A stretch of 64,000 bases of DNA from NCBI GenBank assembly GCA_902578255.1, contig CACHCH010000003.1:21091-85090 (forward strand), written 5' to 3'. Both the position numbers and the translations under genes were made by a program. The stretch's first letter is position 1; every line of letters begins with the position of its first letter. Positions 58,194 through 64,000 of this stretch are shown in pieces. The stretch comes from an uncultured Pelagibacteraceae bacterium (lineage in GTDB: Bacteria; Pseudomonadota; Alphaproteobacteria; Pelagibacterales; Pelagibacteraceae). Below the pieces are notes generated by a model. The model was not told the origin of the DNA. It saw only the letters and a list, made by a program, of their open reading frames with translations, and did no database searches.

Positions 58194-58384
58194 TAAATGC
58201 TCACCTTAAGCAAAAGTTCTAAGAAAAACTTTAAAACTTGATCTAAAAGTAAAAAAAATAAAGACATTACCACAGCCATTGCAAATACCATTAAGGCACC
58301 TTGCAAAGTCTCTTTCCAAGTTGGCCAAGTAACTTTAAATGCTTCTTGTTTTACTTCTTGAATAAATTTAATCGGGTTTCTCAT
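58193..58384 (-). CDS. secE: Preprotein translocase subunit SecE
   Basis: KVTWPT followed by a TM helix; upstream of nusG. Confidence 0.95.
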   Translation of the reverse strand: MRNPIKFIQEVKQEAFKVTWPTWKETLQGALMVFAMAVVMSLFFLLLDQVLKFFLELLLKVSI

Positions 58385-58400
58385 ACATTTTAGCTCTAAT

Positions 58401-58476
58401 TGGCAGGAGCGGAGGGACTCGAACCCTCAGCCTCCGGTTTTGGAGACCGGCGCTCTACCAATTGAGCTACACTCCT
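58401..58476 (-). tRNA. tRNA-Trp(CCA)
   Basis: AGGAGTG...CCGGT-CT-CCA-AA-ACCGG...GGTTCGAGTCC...CTGCCA. Confidence 0.96.
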
Positions 58477-58486
58477 ATTTATAGAG

Positions 58487-59677
58487 TTACTCTATAATTT
58501 TAGTTACTACTCCTGCTCCAACAGTTCTTCCACCTTCACGAATAGCAAAATTTAGTTTTTCAGCCATTGCAATTGGTGTAATTAATTTAACTGTGAATTT
58601 AGCATCATCACCTGGCATAACCATTTCTGTTCCAGCTGGTAATTCTACTTCACCTGTTACATCTGTTGTTCTAAAATAAAACTGTGGTCTGTATTTTGTA
58701 AAGAAAGGAGTGTGTCTTCCACCTTCATCTTTTTTAAGTACATACGCTTGAGCTTCAAATTTAGTATGTGGAGTAATTGATCCAGGTTTACAAAGAACTT
58801 GACCTCTTTCGATATCATCTCTCTCTATACCTCTCAATAAAATTCCAACATTGTCACCAGCTTCACCTGTATCTAAAAGTTTTCTAAACATTTCAACACC
58901 AGTACAAACTGATTTTTTTGTTTCCTTAATTCCAACAATCTCAACTTCTTCACCGGTTTTGATTACACCTGACTCAACTCTACCAGTTGCGACTGTTCCT
59001 CTTCCAGAAATTGAAAATACATCCTCAACGGGCATTAAGAAAGGCTTATCTACTTCTCTAGCTGGTTGTGGAATATGTTCATCAACAGCTTTCATCAATT
59101 CTAAAATTGAATTTTTTCCAATTTCATCATCTCTTCCTTCAACAGCTGCTAAAGCTGAACCTTTAACGATTGGTGTTTTATCACCAGGGTATTTATAAGA
59201 AGTTAAAAGTTCCTTAATTTCTTCCTCTACAAGTTCTATCATTTCTTTATCATCAACTTGATCAACTTTATTAAGATAAACAACAATTGCTGGAATCCCA
59301 ACTTGTCTACCTAAAAGAATATGTTCTCTAGTTTGTGGCATTGGACCGTCTGCAGCGTTTACAACTAAAATCGCACCATCCATTTGTGCTGCACCAGTAA
59401 TCATATTTTTAACGTAATCAGCGTGACCTGGGCAATCTACGTGTGCATAGTGTCTTTTTTCAGTTTCGTACTCAACGTGAGCAGTTGAAATTGTTATTCC
59501 TCTTTCTTTTTCCTCTGGTGCTTTATCAATTTGATCGTAAGCAACCGCGGTTCCACCACCTGCTTGTGCTAATACATTTGTGATTGCAGCAGTAAGAGTT
59601 GTTTTACCATGGTCGACATGACCAATAGTCCCAATGTTACAGTGGGGTTTATTTCTTACAAATTTTTCTTTCGACAT
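58487..59677 (-). CDS. tuf: Elongation factor Tu
   Basis: [29 protein letters not shown]. Confidence 0.99.
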   Translation of the reverse strand: MSKEKFVRNKPHCNIGTIGHVDHGKTTLTAAITNVLAQAGGGTAVAYDQIDKAPEEKERGITISTAHVEYETEKRHYAHVDCPGHADYVKNMITGAAQMDGAILVVNAADGPMPQTREHILLGRQVGIPAIVVYLNKVDQVDDKEMIELVEEEIKELLTSYKYPGDKTPIVKGSALAAVEGRDDEIGKNSILELMKAVDEHIPQPAREVDKPFLMPVEDVFSISGRGTVATGRVESGVIKTGEEVEIVGIKETKKSVCTGVEMFRKLLDTGEAGDNVGILLRGIERDDIERGQVLCKPGSITPHTKFEAQAYVLKKDEGGRHTPFFTKYRPQFYFRTTDVTGEVELPAGTEMVMPGDDAKFTVKLITPIAMAEKLNFAIREGGRTVGAGVVTKIIE

Positions 59678-59722
59678 TACTTTTTTACCTCAGTTTTATT
59701 TGTTTCATTACTAATTTTTTCT

Positions 59723-59796
59723 TGGAGCGGGTAAAGGGAATCGAACCCTTACATCCAGCTTGGAAGGCTAGCGTTCTACCATTGAACTACACCCGC
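59723..59796 (-). tRNA. tRNA-Gly(UCC)
   Basis: GCGGGTG...CTAGC-CT-TCC-AA-GCTGG...GGTTCGATTCC...CCCGCTCCA. Confidence 0.96.
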
Positions 59797-59842
59797 ACAA
59801 CCCCAAGAGTAACACTCCATTGCCACTTAAAATTCTACTGAA

Positions 59843-59928
59843 TGGTGGAGGGGGAAAGATTCGAACTTTCGAAGACCGAAGTCAACGGGTTTACAGCCCG
59901 CCCCATTTGACCGCTCTGGAACCCCTCC
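59843..59928 (-). tRNA. tRNA-Tyr(GUA)
   Basis: GGAGGGG...GCGGG-CT-GTA-AA-CCCGT, long variable arm, CCTCCACCA end. Confidence 0.96.
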
Positions 59929-60056
59929 TATGGGGAAGTGTCCCCTGTTCAATAAAGCTTTAAACAACATGCGTTTTATATATTTTATTTATCCAAATGC
60001 AACACGTGATTTAATAGGCAAATATTCAAAAAAACGTGTAAAACTCATGATATTTT

Positions 60057-60800
60057 ATGAACAAATCTTCTTTTTTTATAGTTGGTCAACATGCTGTTAT
60101 CGAAGCTCTTAGAAACCCACAAAGAAAGGTTTTAAGAGTTTTTTTAACTGAAGATGCTAAAAAAAATATTCACAGAAAAAACCAAAATAAAAATCTTTTA
60201 GAAGACGTTAAAGTTTATTTTAAATCCAAAAAAGAGTTAGATAAATATTCGTCCAAAGAACATTTAATGCACAATGGTTATGTTGCAGAAATAGAGCATT
60301 TAGATCATCCTGATCTTAAACAATTTATAAAAGAAAAAAAAAATCTAACATTTGTATGTTTGGATGAAGTGACCGACCCAAGAAATATTGGTTCTTTGAT
60401 TAGGAGTGCAGCTTCATTTAAAATTGATGGACTAATAATTAAAGAGAGACATTTTCCGAGTGATAGCAAGTTAATGTATAAATCTGCAAGTGGTTGTATG
60501 GAGCACTTAAACATTTTTGAAGTATCTAATATAAATTCAACATTGAAAAACTTAAGAGAAAAAAATTTTTGGGTTTATGGTTTTGATGCCATGGGTGAAA
60601 AAGACTTTACAGACATTAAATGGGAAGGGAATAATATTTTATTATTTGGATCTGAAGGATTCGGGATGAGACAGCATACCAGTAAATATGCTGATTTTTT
60701 TGTTAAAATAAATATGAGCAAAGAAATTGAAAGTTTAAACATATCTAATAGTGCTGCTATAGTGTTTCATCATTTAAGCTATATTAAAAAAAAGAGTTGA
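60057..60800 (+). CDS. rlmB: 23S rRNA (Gm2251) 2'-O-methyltransferase, SpoU family
   Basis: GQHAVIEAL, LDEVTDPRNIGSLIRSA, GSEGFG, ESLNIS. Confidence 0.9.
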   Translation: MNKSSFFIVGQHAVIEALRNPQRKVLRVFLTEDAKKNIHRKNQNKNLLEDVKVYFKSKKELDKYSSKEHLMHNGYVAEIEHLDHPDLKQFIKEKKNLTFVCLDEVTDPRNIGSLIRSAASFKIDGLIIKERHFPSDSKLMYKSASGCMEHLNIFEVSNINSTLKNLREKNFWVYGFDAMGEKDFTDIKWEGNNILLFGSEGFGMRQHTSKYADFFVKINMSKEIESLNISNSAAIVFHHLSYIKKKS

Positions 60801-60833
60801 TTATTTATTAAATAGTTAATAGTTATTGCGCAT

Positions 60834-60909
60834 GCCCTTGTAGCTCAGTTGGTAGAGCAATTGATTTGTAATCAATAGGTCCGCGGTTCGAATCCGTGCG
60901 GGGGCACCA
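60834..60909 (+). tRNA. tRNA-Thr(UGU)
   Basis: GCCCTTGTAGCTCAGTTGGTAGAGCA-ATTGA-TT-TGT-AA-TCAAT...GGTTCGAATCC...GGGGCACCA. Confidence 0.96.
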
Positions 60910-61020
60910 TCACTCAATAAATTCAACACTAATTATTTTTGCTGAATAACTTTTTAATCAGATTTTATAATTGATTGTGCCAGGATTGTGCCAGGATTGT
61001 GCCATGATCAACTGGTCATT
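60856..61020 (+). repeat. att-like module copy 1 (tRNA-Thr 3' part, linker, 3x 11-bp repeat, dyad)
   Basis: 58 bp identical to 62766-62823. Collinear similarity continues at a constant 1910-bp offset to 61020. Confidence 0.9.
60974..61006 (+). repeat. Three tandem 11-bp repeats (ATTGTGCCAGG x2, ATTGTGCCATG); putative integrase arm-type sites
   Basis: Read directly from sequence; function inferred. Confidence 0.75.
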
Positions 61021-61038
61021 GATCAATTTCTTAATAAC

Positions 61039-61704
61039 TTAATAACAGGTTACTCTATAATTATTTCCAAATGAATTTACTCTGCATCTACTTGTGTTAG
61101 GTGAATAAATAGATGAATTCGGTTGTAAAAGTTTTTGACCTAAATCTAGAAGATATCTAGAGCTATCGGCTCTTCTTTGTTTTTGTAATTGATTTGCTAT
61201 AGCTTGATTGCCAGCATTTTGTGCTGCAGCTATTTTATCACTAGTTTGTTTTTTTACATCCAGCTCAACTAATCTTAAAACACAATCGGCAAATTTATCC
61301 GTCTTTGGTGTAAATCCTATTGCTTCACATTGATCCTTTTTATCATTGATAGTAAACATTAACTCTTGTTGTTCGTTTTTTTTAATCTGTTCACTGCTCA
61401 AACAAGTAATTTTATATAATCTAAATGGTTGATATTTTTTTCTCAACTTACCCTTTTTTGAAAATGTAGAATCTTGTAATACCCAAGATGGCATTTCCTC
61501 TTTAGTTTTATCAAAACCATTTTGGCAATTTAATCCATCAAGTATGTCTTTATTAACCCTTTCGTTCATCTCACTTTCAATGTTATCGTTGCTTTCAAGA
61601 TAAGCTCTTACATAACCCTTTTCATAATTCCACATAAAGGTTGATGAACTTGCGCTGTTAAACCATAGTAAACCCAGAACCACGATCCCTAAAAGTTTTT
61701 TCAT
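61039..61704 (-). CDS. Hypothetical secreted protein
   Basis: 221-aa ORF with signal peptide MKKLLGIVVLGLLWFNSASS, several Cys and a CEAIGF.PKT.KFADCV segment. ATGA overlap with the upstream nuclease. Confidence 0.75.
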   Translation of the reverse strand: MKKLLGIVVLGLLWFNSASSSTFMWNYEKGYVRAYLESNDNIESEMNERVNKDILDGLNCQNGFDKTKEEMPSWVLQDSTFSKKGKLRKKYQPFRLYKITCLSSEQIKKNEQQELMFTINDKKDQCEAIGFTPKTDKFADCVLRLVELDVKKQTSDKIAAAQNAGNQAIANQLQKQRRADSSRYLLDLGQKLLQPNSSIYSPNTSRCRVNSFGNNYRVTCY

Positions 61705-62678
61705 TGATTAAATTTAGCTTTTAATTCTTCAATTGTATATGGAGGATTTTTTCTATGAACCATTCTATGACAATTAGCACACAATACTCTGAAATCCTCT
61801 TTAGGATTAAATTTAAGAGCTTTACCCTCTGGTAAATTTGATAAGGGTGTAAGGTGATGAGCTTCTATGTATGTCTCACCTTTTTTATTCAAACTCAAGT
61901 CTCCATAAAACTTTTTAAAATCAAAGCCACAAGCTTCACAAACGTATCCCCTAACCTTTTTTACTTCTTTAGATGTATTAGGATTACGCTCAATACTTCT
62001 GTGTCTTCTATACTTTTTTCTCTCTTCAAGGTTTTGATCTTTAAGATTTTCAGGCTCAAAATCAGTACCTGCCAAATTAGTATCTAATCCTCCTCTATGA
62101 GTAAGCAGTAAGTATAATTCTAAAATTTTTCTAAGATCATTTTGAAGTTTTTCCTCTTCAGGTAAATTGTTTGTATCATACATAACCCCAAATGCGTGAC
62201 CTGGTTCATATAATTTTGGTCTATGCGAGTTTGATAAATTTGCTGATAAATCAATTTCACTATGATCAAAAAAGTTTTTGTATTCACTTATTCGATCTCT
62301 AATAAAAGATGCTCGTCGTGAAAGTTCTTGCATAGCTTTCTTTTGACCTAGTTCATCTGTTAGAAACGTTACGCCCTGATTTAAACTTAAATAGACTCGT
62401 TTCATATCCACAGAAAATAAATACACAACGTCATAACCATTTTGTGTAGTTGTTGTAACTTCAGGATCCATAATCGCTATCCAAGGAACATCTGCCCAAG
62501 CTTGATGAATGCCTGCACTACTTCTAAATAAAAAATTTCCTGCAAAATCACCAAGTGTGGGTTTTATTAAATCTTTCGCACACTTTCTAACATAGTCGGC
62601 TAATGGATGGCCTTTAAGATCTTGTGTTTTTGAGTCTAGATATTTTTGAGAAATTTCACTTAATGCATCTCTTATCAT
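61701..62678 (-). CDS. DUF3578 (McrB N-terminal-like) domain fused to HNH endonuclease; putative type IV modification-dependent restriction enzyme
   Basis: N-terminal SAG...WADVPWIAIMD...TTQNGYDVVYLFS.DMKRVYLSLNQG. C-terminal ERNP, CEACGFDF, IEAHH, LCANCHRMVH. Confidence 0.82.
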   Translation of the reverse strand: MIRDALSEISQKYLDSKTQDLKGHPLADYVRKCAKDLIKPTLGDFAGNFLFRSSAGIHQAWADVPWIAIMDPEVTTTTQNGYDVVYLFSVDMKRVYLSLNQGVTFLTDELGQKKAMQELSRRASFIRDRISEYKNFFDHSEIDLSANLSNSHRPKLYEPGHAFGVMYDTNNLPEEEKLQNDLRKILELYLLLTHRGGLDTNLAGTDFEPENLKDQNLEERKKYRRHRSIERNPNTSKEVKKVRGYVCEACGFDFKKFYGDLSLNKKGETYIEAHHLTPLSNLPEGKALKFNPKEDFRVLCANCHRMVHRKNPPYTIEELKAKFNQ

Positions 62679-62692
62679 TAAAAAAGTTTATC

Positions 62693-62714
62693 ACTGTGCC
62701 CATAGTGTGACCAG
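62693..62714 (+). repeat. Two tandem 11-bp repeats (ACTGTGCCCAT, AGTGTGACCAG); putative left-arm sites
   Basis: Same ANTGYG core and 11-bp period as the triplets, ~50 bp before the tRNA duplicate. Confidence 0.65.
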
Positions 62715-62765
62715 ACTTAAAATATTTAAAGATTATTGTTGCAAACAAATGTTTATTTAAACTTT

Positions 62766-62930
62766 AGCAATTGATTTGTAATCAATAGGTCCGCGGTTCG
62801 AATCCGTGCGGGGGCACCATCACACAATAAAATCAACAATTATTATTTTTACAAAATTAAAATTAAACTAAATTTGTACATACAGTGCGACCAGAGTGCG
62901 ACCAGATTGCGGACAGATCAAGTGATCATT
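62766..62930 (+). repeat. att-like module copy 2 containing a 5'-truncated tRNA-Thr(UGU) fragment (62766-62819)
   Basis: AGCAATTGATTTGTAATCAATAGGTCCGCGGTTCGAATCCGTGCGGGGGCACCATCAC identical to 60856-60913; lacks the first 22 nt of the tRNA. Confidence 0.92.
62884..62916 (+). repeat. Three tandem 11-bp repeats (AGTGCGACCAG x2, ATTGCGGACAG); putative arm-type sites
   Basis: Read directly; same register relative to the tRNA end as 60974-61006. Confidence 0.75.
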
Positions 62931-63084
62931 TAAGAGCTATTAAAAATAAAACGAATAAGCAAATACCAATTAAGATTAATAATAATGAAGCCTTGACTAG
63001 AAAAACTATTACGTTCTCAAAACCATCTCTGCCAAACAACAGAATAATAATTATTATTATTAAGAGAATTATAACGATAGACAT
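62926..63084 (-). CDS. 52-aa two-helix membrane micro-protein
   Basis: Manual translation MSIVIILLIIIIIILLFGRDGFENVIVFLVKASLLLILIGICLFVLFLIALK*; starts 4 nt after the upstream ORF stop. Confidence 0.55.
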   Translation of the reverse strand: MSIVIILLIIIIIILLFGRDGFENVIVFLVKASLLLILIGICLFVLFLIALK

Positions 63085-63088
63085 ATTA

Positions 63089-63232
63089 CTAAAACATTTT
63101 ACATTCCTCGTATTTTTCTTTGGCCTCAGAACCAGTCCTATCTTTAACTAAGTCTCTACAAGATGCTGCCTCGTATACTTGGGCTAAATAAACTAGCAAA
63201 CCCAGAACCACGATTCCTAAAAGTTTTTTCAC
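63089..63232 (-). CDS. 47-aa secreted or membrane-anchored peptide with a Cys pair
   Basis: Manual translation (GTG) MKKLLGIVVLGLLVYLAQVYEAASCRDLVKDRTGSEAKEKYEECKMF*; start overlaps the upstream TAG. Confidence 0.65.
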   Translation of the reverse strand: MKKLLGIVVLGLLVYLAQVYEAASCRDLVKDRTGSEAKEKYEECKMF

Positions 63233-63531
63233 TAATAACATCTAAATTTTTTAATTGGCTTCTTGGTGTATGCATTCCAAAAAGTAATAGTATATCCTTT
63301 GGCTACTCCAAAGTTTTGTTGACCACCGTTGCATAACATTGATCCATAGTAATCAAAATCGTGACCGGCATTAGGGTTTGACATTACTACCCAAAAAGAT
63401 GAGCTTCCCTGAAACGCAGCATCAGCAACACCTGGAATTGTTTTTGCAGCTTGTTCCATTTCATATTTGCCAGCATAAGCATTCCCACTCAACAACATAC
63501 CGAAAACTATGATCCATAAAAGTTTTATCAT
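63232..63531 (-). CDS. Hypothetical secreted protein (99 aa)
   Basis: Signal peptide MIKLLWIIVFGMLLSGNAYA with AxA cleavage site; two Cys. Confidence 0.72.
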   Translation of the reverse strand: MIKLLWIIVFGMLLSGNAYAGKYEMEQAAKTIPGVADAAFQGSSSFWVVMSNPNAGHDFDYYGSMLCNGGQQNFGVAKGYTITFWNAYTKKPIKKFRCY

Positions 63532-63560
63532 CTTAAAATTTTAACGTTTTGCATAAAAAC

Positions 63561-63698
63561 TTACCAGGAAGTTAGCTTCCAGCACTTGTCCACATCTTCA
63601 ATACGAACATAACAACCTAAAAATGACATTATTTTAAATGCTAAAAAACCACCAATTAAAACTATTGCTATTAATATAATTGGATTAATTTTTTTCAT
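63561..63698 (-). CDS. 45-aa membrane-anchored peptide with a Cys pair
   Basis: Manual translation MKKINPIILIAIVLIGGFLAFKIMSFLGCYVRIEDVDKCWKLTSW*. Confidence 0.55.
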   Translation of the reverse strand: MKKINPIILIAIVLIGGFLAFKIMSFLGCYVRIEDVDKCWKLTSW

Positions 63699-63706
63699 TT
63701 ATTTTT

Positions 63707-64000
63707 TTAATTAAGAAGTTTCTTTTTAGCTTTTTCAAATTCCTCTTTTGTAATAGCTCCAGATTTGTATAAGTTACTTAATCTATTTAAATCTTCAATA
63801 AAATTAGATGAACTATTAATAGATGTATTGTTCGATATTGTCTTTGTGTAATTAATCTTATTTTTTAAATTCGTTATACCTTTGCATTTTCCAATACATT
63901 CTGAACCAAGAATAATAGGTTTGTTGTTTTTTAGATAAGCATAAATTTCCATATCCCAATTAATATTAAACATATTAGATGAAATTTTAAGATCTAAAGC
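63707..64000 (-). CDS. SHOCT-domain protein (5' end probably outside window)
   Basis: C-terminus FIEDLNRLSNLYKSGAITKEEFEKAKKKLL matches the SHOCT pattern. Frame stays open to position 64000. Confidence 0.75.
   Translation of the reverse strand, partial: ALDLKISSNMFNINWDMEIYAYLKNNKPIILGSECIGKCKGITNLKNKINYTKTISNNTSINSSSNFIEDLNRLSNLYKSGAITKEEFEKAKKKLLN

Larger units (their letters stand above)
60910..62819. mobile_element. 1910-bp integrase-less cassette flanked by tRNA-Thr direct repeats
   Basis: Bounded by the intact tRNA-Thr and its 3' duplicate. Holds two minus-strand genes and no recombinase ORF. Confidence 0.8.
62820..64000. mobile_element. Second cassette / continuation of tRNA-Thr island (distal boundary outside window)
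   Basis: Starts with a second att-like module and carries a run of small minus-strand hypothetical ORFs. Confidence 0.6.

Noticed and set aside
59932-59945. GGGGA-AGTG-TCCCC mini-hairpin upstream of tRNA-Tyr, and the 60-aa ORF at 59930
   Set aside because: A 5-bp stem is too short to support a function; the ORF spans a promoter region and overlaps rlmB out of frame
62766-62819. Second functional tRNA-Thr gene
   Set aside because: Lacks the 5' acceptor strand and most of the D arm; the upstream sequence cannot pair with the 3' acceptor strand
60915-62850. IHF sites after each tRNA end (ATTCAACACTAAT, AATCAACAATTAT)
   Set aside because: Only partial matches to WATCAANNNNTTR in very AT-rich DNA; plausible but not supportable as features
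60974-62916. Short repeats as a CRISPR array
   Set aside because: Units are 11 bp, directly tandem with no spacers, and no cas genes are present
62885-63151. 88-aa plus-strand ORF from the ORF track
   Set aside because: Starts within the repeat triplet and is the antisense shadow of two better-supported minus-strand ORFs

Overview
Very AT-rich, gene-dense alphaproteobacterial chromosome segment. Composition, minimal intergenic spacers and gene content point to a SAR11 / Candidatus Pelagibacter-like genome (inference). About 61 kb is core genome: pdxJ-pyrE-rel/spoT-folK-smpB-dapA, a lytic transglycosylase, tRNA-Ser, sarcosine oxidase soxBDAG, gatCAB, pyrB/pyrC-like, plsY, topA, ugd/galU, panC, mgtE, lipB, the alpha/spc/S10/str/rpoBC ribosomal superoperon, a single tuf, tRNA-Trp/Gly/Tyr and rlmB. 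The last ~3.2 kb is the start of an accessory island at tRNA-Thr(UGU). A ~165-bp module recurs at an exact 1910-bp offset. It consists of the 3' part of the tRNA, an AT-rich linker, three tandem 11-bp repeats and a TGAYCA-N2-TGRTCA-like dyad. The two copies bracket an integrase-less two-gene cassette (a DUF3578/McrB-N-HNH nuclease plus a secreted protein). A second cassette of small secreted or membrane ORFs follows. Three island ORFs share a homologous 'MKKLLGIVVLGLL'-type leader fused to unrelated bodies. This looks like a tRNA-anchored, integron-like array of att-flanked minimal cassettes; it continues beyond the window, so its extent and any integrase cannot be seen.
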